Assembly (NCBI GenBank): GCA_041946735.1
Contig: JBHGAY010000002.1
Coordinates: forward strand, 102,368-166,367
Source: Candidatus Eiseniibacteriota bacterium
GTDB lineage: Bacteria > Eisenbacteria > RBG-16-71-46 > CAIMUX01 > VGJL01
Length of the DNA: 64,000 nucleotides
Direction of reading: 5' to 3'
Part shown: one piece after another, positions 18,492 through 26,942 of the stretch
Layout: each line of letters opens with the position of its first letter
How positions within the stretch are numbered: position 1 is the first letter of the stretch
Translations under genes and position numbers: made by a program
Notes under the pieces: model-generated
Databases searched by the model: none
The model's input: only the letters and a program-made list of their open reading frames with translations
Told to the model about the DNA's origin: nothing

Positions 18492-19967
18492 TCAGAGGCT
18501 CAGACCGGCGGTCAGCCTCAGCATTGCCACGCGGCGGTCGACATCGACGACCGTGGACTGCGGGTTGATGAAGGGATCGCCGGGCGACTCGTAATAGAAC
18601 TTCCTCAGCTTGTAGTCGACGATCTCGTAGGCCACGTCATAGCGAAGATTGCCCGTCTCGAATCCGAGACCGAACGTGAAGGAGTCGGTGTCGATGTCGC
18701 CTCCCGCCCACTGGTCCGGATCCGGGCCGCCGTTGAGCTTCGCGACGGACAACGGTCCTCTGTGATATCCGATCCGCAGGGGAAGGTCGATTTGCTTGAA
18801 CCGCAGCCAACGTCCCTCGGCTCCAATGTGGAAGCTCGTGACGTCGCGAAGCGGAAGCGACGGGTTCGATTCCATCCCCAGGAAATCCTCCCGGTACTCG
18901 ATCTTCGTCTCCGACCAGTTCTGGCGGTTCACCTCGACCGCCACCCGCACCTGTGGGATAGGCTGGAACCAGCCGCCGATCGACAGGAGCGCCGGGACGT
19001 CCATGTCGTAGCCCGCGATCCTCCCGAAGATGCGCTGCTGCGGAGCGCCGGGAGCACTGAGAACGAGGTAGTCCAGCCGGCCGCCGGTCACCTCCACCGT
19101 GTAGCCGGGCGTGAACCGCACGCCGATCCCGCCGAAGTTCGGGCGCCGCGCCTGGATGCCCAGGTCGGCCGAGATGCCTCGATAGCGATAGCGCGTCTTC
19201 AGGTATCCGCCCGCCGAGTTCGCGCCTCCGGTCGCGACGATCGACTCGATCTTCGAGCTGAGGCGGCCGGTCAGGTAGTTCAAGTTCGCCCCGACCGACA
19301 CCACATCGGGGATCAACTGCGCGGCGGCGGAGGCGGAGGCCGCGTCGACGCCTCCCTCTTCCTTGCCATCGACCGCGAGAGTCACCGGGAAGGCGAGCCC
19401 TTCGCCGAAGACAAGATCCGAGACGATCTCCTCCGGATAGGACGTGTCGAGGTAGCGGCGGAAGCTGATCGCGCCGGCGACCGGACGCCCGAGCAGCTCG
19501 CCCGAGATCCCCGCGCCGAGCATGTTGCCCCGGAGGTTCGACTTCAGATTGACGTCGTACCGCTGCACGGCGAGCAGCGGCGAGTTGGGAATATTGAACG
19601 TGTCGGGATATCCCGAGGTCGAGCCCGAGGATCGGATCCAGCGAAGGTCGCCGGTCACGTTCGGGCGCTGGAGCCATCCCAGCCCGGCCGGGTTCCACGA
19701 GATCGCCTGCAGATCGGTGGCCTCGCCGACGTAGGCGCCACCCATTCCATGACCCACCGCGCTCGCGCGCACTCCGGTCATGTCGAGCGGCCGGAAGACG
19801 AGCGACGGCTGGAGCGTCTCCAGCGTGGCGATCCCGATCGTGCCGAGGTCGGTCTCGACCAACTGTGCGGAGACCGGCGAGGGCATGAGAGCCGCGGCGC
19901 AGGCGACGAGAGCGAGCGCGAAGATGGCCGGGGCTGCGAGACGACGAACGACACCCACTCCTCTCAT
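18492..19967 (-). CDS. outer-membrane β-barrel, PorV-like T9SS-associated family (putative)
   Basis: The start is the internal ATG at 19967, with the signal peptide MRGVGVVRRLAAPAIFALALVACAAA. The motif GMGGAYVGEATDLQAISWNPAGLGW is present and the C-terminus is ...LRLTAGLSL. ORF-track residues 1-150 are junk. Confidence 0.65.
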   Translation of the reverse strand: MRGVGVVRRLAAPAIFALALVACAAALMPSPVSAQLVETDLGTIGIATLETLQPSLVFRPLDMTGVRASAVGHGMGGAYVGEATDLQAISWNPAGLGWLQRPNVTGDLRWIRSSGSTSGYPDTFNIPNSPLLAVQRYDVNLKSNLRGNMLGAGISGELLGRPVAGAISFRRYLDTSYPEEIVSDLVFGEGLAFPVTLAVDGKEEGGVDAASASAAAQLIPDVVSVGANLNYLTGRLSSKIESIVATGGANSAGGYLKTRYRYRGISADLGIQARRPNFGGIGVRFTPGYTVEVTGGRLDYLVLSAPGAPQQRIFGRIAGYDMDVPALLSIGGWFQPIPQVRVAVEVNRQNWSETKIEYREDFLGMESNPSLPLRDVTSFHIGAEGRWLRFKQIDLPLRIGYHRGPLSVAKLNGGPDPDQWAGGDIDTDSFTFGLGFETGNLRYDVAYEIVDYKLRKFYYESPGDPFINPQSTVVDVDRRVAMLRLTAGLSL

Positions 19968-20431
19968 GACCTCTCCCCCAGGAGCAGCGTCACGATGACG
20001 GCCCCTGTCGTCCAGAAGCTCGCCGAGCGAGCGGTCCGCGCGATGTCGAAACGCACCTGGTCCACGTTGGTGATGTCGCTCTTCAGCAGCATCTTGTCGG
20101 GAGCGGGAGGCTCGAGCGAGACGCGGGCGTTCTCGAGACGCGAGACCTGCTTCTCGACCCCGTCCGCGTCGCGGATCGGGACGAGTCCGGTGAGGACGAT
20201 CTTCTGGTCGTCGACCTCCTTCACCTTGCCTTCCGAGACGACCCGGGGCTCGCGGAGCACGACGTTCTGGCCCGGAGCGATCCGGCCCTCGATCTGCTCT
20301 CCGGTCCTGAAGGTCAACACGACGCGCTGATGCTCGTCGTACGTCAGATCCTCGACCGGAACGCGCTTCGCGCAGCCGAGCGCAAGCAGGAAACATCCGA
20401 TCATGGCCAAGAGCCACGGGACTCGTTTCAT
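19964..20431 (-). CDS. small lipoprotein of unknown function
   Basis: MKRVPWLLAMIGCFLLALGCAKR carries a lipobox. The stop overlaps the downstream barrel's ATG (ATGA at 19964-19967). Confidence 0.55.
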   Translation of the reverse strand: MKRVPWLLAMIGCFLLALGCAKRVPVEDLTYDEHQRVVLTFRTGEQIEGRIAPGQNVVLREPRVVSEGKVKEVDDQKIVLTGLVPIRDADGVEKQVSRLENARVSLEPPAPDKMLLKSDITNVDQVRFDIARTARSASFWTTGAVIVTLLLGERS

Positions 20432-20602
20432 TGCGTCTCTCCGAGGTCGGCAGGTGACGTCCGGGAAACGAGGGGGGTCTGACGACCTTGCAGCATCCCC
20501 AACAGCCACGCCTCCAACCACACCTTGTGCCCGGATCCCCCGGCGGATCCGAAGCCGGTCATCCAACGCCGCGACTCTAGGAGAACGGGGGGCGAACGTC
20601 AA

Positions 20603-20626
20603 GGGGGAGGCCCGGCGGCCTCCCCC
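20603..20626 (-). terminator. GC hairpin downstream of glnA (weak or no U-tract)
   Basis: The hairpin is gggggaggcc-cggc-ggcctccccc, a 10-bp perfect stem, ~155 nt after the glnA stop. Confidence 0.35.
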
Positions 20627-20781
20627 GCAAGCTCAAATCCCGAAAGGCACCTACGGCGCTGCGGCTGCTTCCCTCCGGCTCCCCTGTCTGGCCTCCGGCC
20701 GCCGATCCTCCGGCCGCCGATCCGCGGCGCCTGGATCCGCAGCGCCTGCTGGATCCGCAGCGCCTGCTGGCCCCGCAGTCC

Positions 20782-22131
20782 CTAGAGGAGGGGCAGGTAC
20801 CGCTCGATCTCGTATCCGGTCACCTGCACGCGATAGCGGTCCCACTCGATCTTCTTGTTCTCGAGGAACTTCGTGAAGACGTGCTCCCCCAGCGCCTCCG
20901 CGAGCAGCTCGCTCTCCTCGGCGATCTGGATGGCGGCGAGGAGCGATCCCGGGAGCGTGTCGATCCCCCGGGAAAGCTTCTCGGAGGCGGTCATGTGGAA
21001 GATGTCCTCCTCGACGGGCGGCGCAAGATCGTAGCCCTCCTGGATCCCCTTCAGTCCCGCCGCGAGCATCACCGAGAAGGCGAGGTACGGGTTGCAGGCG
21101 GGATCGGGGCAGCGGTACTCGATCCGCGTCGCCTTCTCCTTGCCGGGCTTGTACATCGGCACCCGCACGAGGGCCGAGCGGTTGCGTTGGCCCCAGGCGA
21201 CGTAGACGGGAGCTTCGAAGCCGGGAACGAGGCGCTTGTAGGAGTTGATCCACTGATTGGTGACCACGCACATCTCGCGGGCGTGCCGCATCAACCCCGC
21301 CATGAATGCGCGACCCACCTTCGAGAGGTGGTGCGGATCGGAGGCATCGAAGAACGCGTTCTGCTCCCCCCGGAAGAGCGACTGGTGCACATGCATGCCG
21401 CTGCCGTTCTCGCCGAAGAGCGGCTTCGGCATGAACGTCGCGTAGGTGCCGTTCGCACGCGCGATCCACTTGACCACGTAGCGGTAGGTGATCGTCGCAT
21501 CCGCCATGAGCATCGCTTCCTGGTACTTCAGGTCGATCTCGTGCTGGCTTGGCGCGACCTCGTGATGCCCCACCTCGACGCCGATCCCCATCGCCTGCAG
21601 CGCCTGGATCGTCTTGTGGCGCAGCTCGGTCCCGAGGTCGTCCGGCGTCTGGTCGAAGTAGCCGGCGATGTCCATGGTCACCGGCTCGCTGGGACTCTTC
21701 AGGTAGAAGTACTCCAGCTCGGGACCGACGTTGAAGCTGTAGCCGAGGTCGCGGGCGCGCTGCAGGTTCCTCCGGAGGACGTGACGCGGATCGCCGACGT
21801 AGGGCTGCCCGTTGGGATTCAGGATGTCGCACATCATCCGCGCGTGCAGCTCGCCGTCGATGCGCCAGGGCAGCAACTGGAAGGTGGAGAGATCGGGGAC
21901 GGCGATCAGGTCCGACTCGTAGATCCTCGCGAACCCCTCGACCGAGGAGCCGTCGAATCCGAGCCCTTCGTCGAGCGCCTCCTCGAGCTGCATGGGGGTG
22001 ATGCCGAACGACTTCAGCATCCCGAGGATGTCCACGAACCAGAGATTGATGATCTTGATGCCGCGCTCCTCGATGAAGCGCATCACGTTCTGGCGGGTGA
22101 GGTTGGTGGGGTTCACGCTTTCCTGGGCCAT
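20782..22131 (-). CDS. glnA: glutamine synthetase type I
   Basis: A 449-aa protein reading MAQESVNPTNLTRQNVMRFIEERGIKIINLWFVDILGMLKSF...MPKPLFGENGSGMHVHQSLF...NPYLAFSVMLAAGLKGI. Confidence 0.9.
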   Translation of the reverse strand: MAQESVNPTNLTRQNVMRFIEERGIKIINLWFVDILGMLKSFGITPMQLEEALDEGLGFDGSSVEGFARIYESDLIAVPDLSTFQLLPWRIDGELHARMMCDILNPNGQPYVGDPRHVLRRNLQRARDLGYSFNVGPELEYFYLKSPSEPVTMDIAGYFDQTPDDLGTELRHKTIQALQAMGIGVEVGHHEVAPSQHEIDLKYQEAMLMADATITYRYVVKWIARANGTYATFMPKPLFGENGSGMHVHQSLFRGEQNAFFDASDPHHLSKVGRAFMAGLMRHAREMCVVTNQWINSYKRLVPGFEAPVYVAWGQRNRSALVRVPMYKPGKEKATRIEYRCPDPACNPYLAFSVMLAAGLKGIQEGYDLAPPVEEDIFHMTASEKLSRGIDTLPGSLLAAIQIAEESELLAEALGEHVFTKFLENKKIEWDRYRVQVTGYEIERYLPLL

Positions 22132-22877
22132 CCGGGTCCCTCCTGGTCGGTCGGGTCGCGTTCGACGAGCGCGGCCCGCTCGTGGGGGGAAAGGGGATGG
22201 ATACCGCCCAGGAGCCGGGCCGTCAAGAGCGCAGAAGCGACCTGTTCGAGCCGCTCCATGCGCCGTTCCGCATCTTCCGGGTCGCGGCCGAGGGCGACCG
22301 CCCCGTGGTTGGCGAGGAGGAAGGCCCAGTGGCGCCGGGCGAACGGCTCCGCCGCCGCCACCGCCTCCTCCGTCCCCGGCCGGGCATAGGGAACGACCGG
22401 CACAGGACCGAGCGCGGCGGCCGCCTCGACGAGCGCATCGTCACGGATCGGGCGATGGGCGATCGCGTAGCCGGTGGCGACGGGCGGGTGGGCGTGGAGG
22501 ATCGCTCCGATCTCCGGTCGCCAGCGATAGACGGCGAGATGGAGGGGCATCTCCGACGAGGGGCGGGCGCCGAACCCGGCATCCTCCACGATGCGACCGC
22601 CCGCATCGACGCGCACCAGGTCGGCGCGTGTGAGCTCGTCCTGCCGGCAGCCGGAGGCGGTGATCCAGATCGTCCCGTCGGGACAGCGGGCGCTCAGATT
22701 TCCGTCGTCTGCGGCGAGGAGTCCGCGCGCGCCGAGACGGCGGCCGACCCGGCGCAGCTCCTCCGCGAGGCGTTCGATCTCCTCGGCCTCGGATCGATCC
22801 GCTTCTCCGGCTCGATCCCCGGCCCCGGCTCGATCCCCGGCTCCGGACCGGTCAATCGGCGGTATCGATCCCATTCC
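22113..22877 (-). CDS. class II aldolase/adducin-family protein (fuculose-phosphate aldolase / MtnB-like)
   Basis: The core reads ...LLAADDGNLSARCPDGTIWITASG...AILHAHPPVATGYA...AFLLANHGAVALG. The start is set at M77 (22877) and is uncertain. The N-terminus carries a (GAGDRA) repeat. Confidence 0.7.
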   Translation of the reverse strand, partial: GMGSIPPIDRSGAGDRAGAGDRAGEADRSEAEEIERLAEELRRVGRRLGARGLLAADDGNLSARCPDGTIWITASGCRQDELTRADLVRVDAGGRIVEDAGFGARPSSEMPLHLAVYRWRPEIGAILHAHPPVATGYAIAHRPIRDDALVEAAAALGPVPVVPYARPGTEEAVAAAEPFARRHWAFLLANHGAVALGRDPEDAERRMERLEQVASALLTARLLGGIHPLSPHERAALVERDPTDQEGPGWPRKA

Positions 22878-24471
22878 AGACGTCCGCGAGATGATCCGGC
22901 ACTTCCCCGGGAAGCGCTCCGCGCTCGCCTGCCCGCGCGACCGCGAAGTCGGCCGCCGCGCCGTGCGCATACACCGCGCACGCGGCCGCCTCGAAGGGAG
23001 AGAGACCCTGCGCGAGCAGCGCCCCGAGAATGCCGGAGAGGACGTCGCCCGACCCTCCGGTCGCCATTCCCGGATTGCCGCTCGTGTTGACGAGGACCCG
23101 GCCATCGGGGGAAGCGACGATCGCCGGCACGGTCTTCAGAACCACGATCACGCGCGCCTCGGCGGCGAGCCTCGACGCGGCCGCGATCGGGTCGGAGAGA
23201 ATCTCCGGGATCGAGGCGCCGGTCAGCCTCTCCATCTCGCCGGGATGCGGAGTGAAGACCGGCGTGACCCGATCGGCCGCCCGAAGCGCAGGACGGAGAG
23301 GATCGAGACCGGCGGAGGCGATCGCGTTCAGACCGTCGGCATCGACGACGATCGGTCCGAGCCATCCGGCGAGAAGCTCGACCACGAGCGCGTCGGTGTC
23401 CGCGTGGCGAGCGAGGCCGGGACCGAGGACCAGCGCGTCCCATCGATCCCGAAGCGAGATGAGAAACAGCAGATTCGAGGAGGCGAGAGTTCCGGTGTCG
23501 GTCTCCTGCAGCGGGAAGGTCATCGCCTCGGTCAACTTCGCCTCGAGGATCGGGTTCAGCGAGCGCGGGACGCCGGCGCGCACCAGCCCGGCGCCGGCGC
23601 GCAGCGCTCCGATCGCCGCGAGGGATGGCGCGCCGGTCAACCCCGGAGAGCCGCCGGCGATCAGGACGCGCCCGCGCGTCCCCTTGTGCGCCTGAGGCTC
23701 GAAGCGAGCGATCCGACCGCGAAGATAACCGGCCGCCAGCAGTCGCACGCGGCACCCGGCGGCCTCCTCCGCCTCGCGGGGAATCCCGATGTCGGCGACG
23801 TCCCAGAGACCGACGTGGGAACGGGCCGGCCAGAAGAGGAACGAACGCTTCGGGTAGGCCATCGTGATCGTGCGCTCCGCCCGGAACGCCTCCCCGTCGA
23901 CGGCGCCCGAGTCGGCGGAGAGTCCGCTGGGAATGTCGACGGCGATTCGCCGCGCCGGCGAGCGGTTCATCGCGGCGATCGCCTCGGCCTTCGGGCCTTC
24001 CAGCCGGCCGCGGAATCCGGTGCCGAGGACAGCGTCGAGGAGGAGATCGCCCGGCTCGAGACGCTCGATCGCGGCGAGGCGCTCGGGCGTCAGGGGCTCG
24101 AGCGCGACGCGGCGGGCGAGGAGCGGCGGCACCTGGAGCGCCGCGTCGCCGGCGATCGACGCGACCGGATCGGTGAGGAGCACGCGCGGGTTCGCGCCGG
24201 AATCGTGCAGCAGCCTCGCGACGACGAGGCCATCGCCTCCGTTGTTCCCGCGGCCGCAGACGATCCAGACGCGCCGGCGCGCGAGGCGCGGGTAGTGCCG
24301 CCGCAGGGCGCGCACGATCCCGATCCCCGCGCGCTCCATCAGCGTGGGACCGGGGACGCCGGCGCGCTCGATCGCGAAGCGGTCGCAGGCCCGCATCTCC
24401 TCCGCCGTCACGAGCGGCGGCGGGAGCGGAGGCGAGACGGAGATGGGGTCAGGAGGTGGCGGCGTTTCCAT
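22852..24471 (-). CDS. nnr: bifunctional NAD(P)H-hydrate repair enzyme (epimerase + ADP-dependent dehydratase)
   Basis: The N-terminal YjeF_N region is LMERAGIGIVRAL...IVCGRGNNGGDGLVVARLL. The C-terminal carbohydrate-kinase region is HKGTRGRVLIAGGSPGLTGAP...GGSGDVLSGILGALLAQG. Confidence 0.85.
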   Translation of the reverse strand: METPPPPDPISVSPPLPPPLVTAEEMRACDRFAIERAGVPGPTLMERAGIGIVRALRRHYPRLARRRVWIVCGRGNNGGDGLVVARLLHDSGANPRVLLTDPVASIAGDAALQVPPLLARRVALEPLTPERLAAIERLEPGDLLLDAVLGTGFRGRLEGPKAEAIAAMNRSPARRIAVDIPSGLSADSGAVDGEAFRAERTITMAYPKRSFLFWPARSHVGLWDVADIGIPREAEEAAGCRVRLLAAGYLRGRIARFEPQAHKGTRGRVLIAGGSPGLTGAPSLAAIGALRAGAGLVRAGVPRSLNPILEAKLTEAMTFPLQETDTGTLASSNLLFLISLRDRWDALVLGPGLARHADTDALVVELLAGWLGPIVVDADGLNAIASAGLDPLRPALRAADRVTPVFTPHPGEMERLTGASIPEILSDPIAAASRLAAEARVIVVLKTVPAIVASPDGRVLVNTSGNPGMATGGSGDVLSGILGALLAQGLSPFEAAACAVYAHGAAADFAVARAGERGALPGEVPDHLADVWNGIDTAD

Positions 24472-25144
24472 TGAGACGGTCCACGATCGCGAGGAGATCC
24501 TGGATGTCGTCGATCTCGTAGTCGGCCCCGGACTGGGCGACCCCTTTGGTGTCTCCGTAGCGCGCGAAGACGGTGGGAATGCCGAGACGGGAGGCGCCGA
24601 CCATGTCGCGGTCCGGCCAATCCCCCACCATCAACACCTCGGAGGGACTCATCTGCAGCAGCTCGAGCGCGCGCCGGAAGCCGATCGGGCTGGGCTTGCG
24701 CTCCTGGGTGTCGTCGAAGGTGATGACGAACTCGAAGATGTGGTGCAGGGCGAGGTGGTGCAGGCGCATCCACGCCTGGAGCGCCGGCGCGTCGGACAGG
24801 ACAGCCAGCCGGATGCCGCGACGGAGCAGCTCCGTCAGCGTGAGCCGCACGTGGGGATAGAGGACGAGGTAGGAGTCGCGCACGCGCCGGTACGCCGTGA
24901 TGGCGGCCGCGAGCACGCTCGGCGACACCTTGTCGAACTGCTCCTTCAGGAACTGATCGAAGACGTTCTGATACTCGATCCCCTGCCTGTCGTAGATTTC
25001 GAAGATGCGGGCGCGCGCCTCCTCACGGCTCAGCGGGAGGCCCATGTCGATCATCCCCTCGACCGCGGCGAGGATCGACGCCTCCTTCATCTTCATGAAA
25101 TCGGTCAGTGTGTTGTCGAGATCGAAGAGGATCGCTCGGATCAT
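24449..25144 (-). CDS. HAD-superfamily hydrolase
   Basis: Motif I is MIRAILFDLDNTLTD. There is a later conserved K, and the VGDWPDRDMVGA motif IV. 231 aa. Confidence 0.8.
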   Translation of the reverse strand: MIRAILFDLDNTLTDFMKMKEASILAAVEGMIDMGLPLSREEARARIFEIYDRQGIEYQNVFDQFLKEQFDKVSPSVLAAAITAYRRVRDSYLVLYPHVRLTLTELLRRGIRLAVLSDAPALQAWMRLHHLALHHIFEFVITFDDTQERKPSPIGFRRALELLQMSPSEVLMVGDWPDRDMVGASRLGIPTVFARYGDTKGVAQSGADYEIDDIQDLLAIVDRLNGNAATS

Positions 25145-25183
25145 CGCGACATGCGCCTCCGAAACGGCTCCTCGACGGCGACG

Positions 25184-25381
25184 CTACTTCGAGGAGTGAA
25201 TGATCGATCTCCCGTAGCTGATCTCGCCGTTGTCGATGCGGATGTTGAAGCCGCATTCGGGATTGGAGCAGACCCAAGCCTTGAAGTTGATCGGAGCACC
25301 TTCGCGACCATAGTCGGAGAGCGGGATCAGTACGCCGTCGTGGCACTTCTTGCAGTCCGGGTACGGCTGTCCCACGTCCAT
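25184..25381 (-). CDS. small zinc-ribbon protein (YgiT/MqsA-type zinc finger only)
   Basis: The protein reads MDVGQPYPDCKKCHDG...WVCSNPECGF, a CxxC...CxxC pattern. A strong AGGGGAGGAAAG RBS lies 3 nt before the ATG at 25381; the ORF track starts 9 codons earlier. Confidence 0.5.
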   Translation of the reverse strand: MDVGQPYPDCKKCHDGVLIPLSDYGREGAPINFKAWVCSNPECGFNIRIDNGEISYGRSIIHSSK

Positions 25382-25562
25382 GGTCTTTCCTCCCCTCATC
25401 ACACTCATCTTCTCCCCAACCTCACTGCCCTACCCGGCCTCCCAAAACCCATCCGGGGCGGACGATGGATCGCCCCGGCGACGTCGGACCCGTCCTTTGC
25501 CGGACGGCTCAGGTTTTAGAGCATCGCCATCGACGCCCCGGTTGTCAAGAGGAACGACGGCA

Positions 25563-26942
25563 TCAGGTTTTCCGCTCCTGCTTCTTCGCGGCCGGGAAGA
25601 GGATGTTGTTCAGGATGAGACGGTACCCGGGCGAATTCGGATGCAGCTCCAGCTCGGTCGGCGGATCGCCCACCTGGTGCTGGTAGTCCTCCGGATCGTG
25701 GCCGCCGTAGAACGTGAACGTCCCCTTGCCGTAGTTGCCATGGATGTACTTCACCTCGTCGGCGCCGGGCACCTCCGCCAGCAGGATGACCGACTTCTTG
25801 AGCAGCGACTTGCGGAAGCTGGTGGTCTGCCCCATGAAGCCCCGGATCATGTTCTGGTGGCACTGGGTCAGCATCGTCGGGACCGGGTCTTCCTTGGCGG
25901 AAAAATCAAAGAGCTGGAAGTAGTCGCTCTCCTGCCCGCGAAGCGACGCTTCGCGCGTCATGTCGATGTCGGAGAACTCGTAGACGAGCGGGTTCATCTC
26001 CAACCGGAAGTCGGTGAAAGCGAGGCAACGACGGTAGTCGATCTTCTGCGCCGCGCCCGCTTCGGGAGGATCGCCGTCGTAAGGAGTGTCGACGATGTCG
26101 ACTCCCTGGGCCGCGAGGGAGATGTCGAAGCTGTCGGTCGCCGAGCACATTGCGAAGACGAACCCGCCCTGCGCAATGTACTCGCGAATCCGCTGCGAGA
26201 CCGCCTGTTTGTGCTGCCACACCTTCTGGAATCCGGCATCGTGCGCGCGTTGCTCGAACGTGCGCACCTGCTCGATGTACCAGGGCGCCGTGTGGTAGGA
26301 GGCGTAGAACTTGCCGTACTGGCCGGTGAAATCCTCGTGGTGCAGGTGGAGCCAGTCGTACTTCGGCAGATCGCCGGCGAGCACCTCTTCGTCCCAGATG
26401 TGATCGAAAGGGATCCCCGCGTAGTCGAGCGCGAGAACGACCGCATCGTCCCACGGGTCTTTCGTCGGCGGGATGTAGACGGCGACCTTCGGCGCTTTCT
26501 CGAGGAGGACGACCTCCATGTTGTTCTTCTCGATCTCGTCCAGGATCGACGCCTCGTCGGATGCCCCGATGGTCTCGTACGTGACGCCGCCGAGCGCGCA
26601 GTCGCGGCCCGTCTCCGGATCGTCTTCCATCAGGAACGAGCCGCTCCGGTAGTTCAAAAGCCACTCGACGTTCTCGCCTCGCTGCAGCGCGTGATAGGCG
26701 ACGCCGTAGGCCTTCAGATGGTTGGCCTGCGAGAGGTCCATCGGGATCAGGATCTTCGCCCAGGCGGCCGCGGGGACGAGAAGCGCCACGAGGAGCAGCG
26801 CCGCGGCGATGGCGGCCGCGACGATGGCGGTGCCGGTGCCAGGAGCGACGGCGGTGGCGGCTGCGGCGCCGGTGCCGGCGGCAGGGGCGGTGGCGGTGGC
26901 AGGGGCGGTGGCAGGGGCCGTCGCGGTCATCCGTGGGGTCAT
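25563..26942 (-). CDS. membrane-anchored class-I glutamine-amidotransferase-like (ThuA/DJ-1-like) protein, putative
   Basis: The ATG at 26942 overlaps the TPR stop (ATGA). An (ATAP) low-complexity tract precedes a TM helix IVAAAIAAALLLVALLVPAAAWA. Cys context FVFAMCSATDSF; C-terminal TFTFYGGHDPEDYQ. The family assignment is from memory. Confidence 0.55.
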   Translation of the reverse strand: MTPRMTATAPATAPATATAPAAGTGAAAATAVAPGTGTAIVAAAIAAALLLVALLVPAAAWAKILIPMDLSQANHLKAYGVAYHALQRGENVEWLLNYRSGSFLMEDDPETGRDCALGGVTYETIGASDEASILDEIEKNNMEVVLLEKAPKVAVYIPPTKDPWDDAVVLALDYAGIPFDHIWDEEVLAGDLPKYDWLHLHHEDFTGQYGKFYASYHTAPWYIEQVRTFEQRAHDAGFQKVWQHKQAVSQRIREYIAQGGFVFAMCSATDSFDISLAAQGVDIVDTPYDGDPPEAGAAQKIDYRRCLAFTDFRLEMNPLVYEFSDIDMTREASLRGQESDYFQLFDFSAKEDPVPTMLTQCHQNMIRGFMGQTTSFRKSLLKKSVILLAEVPGADEVKYIHGNYGKGTFTFYGGHDPEDYQHQVGDPPTELELHPNSPGYRLILNNILFPAAKKQERKT

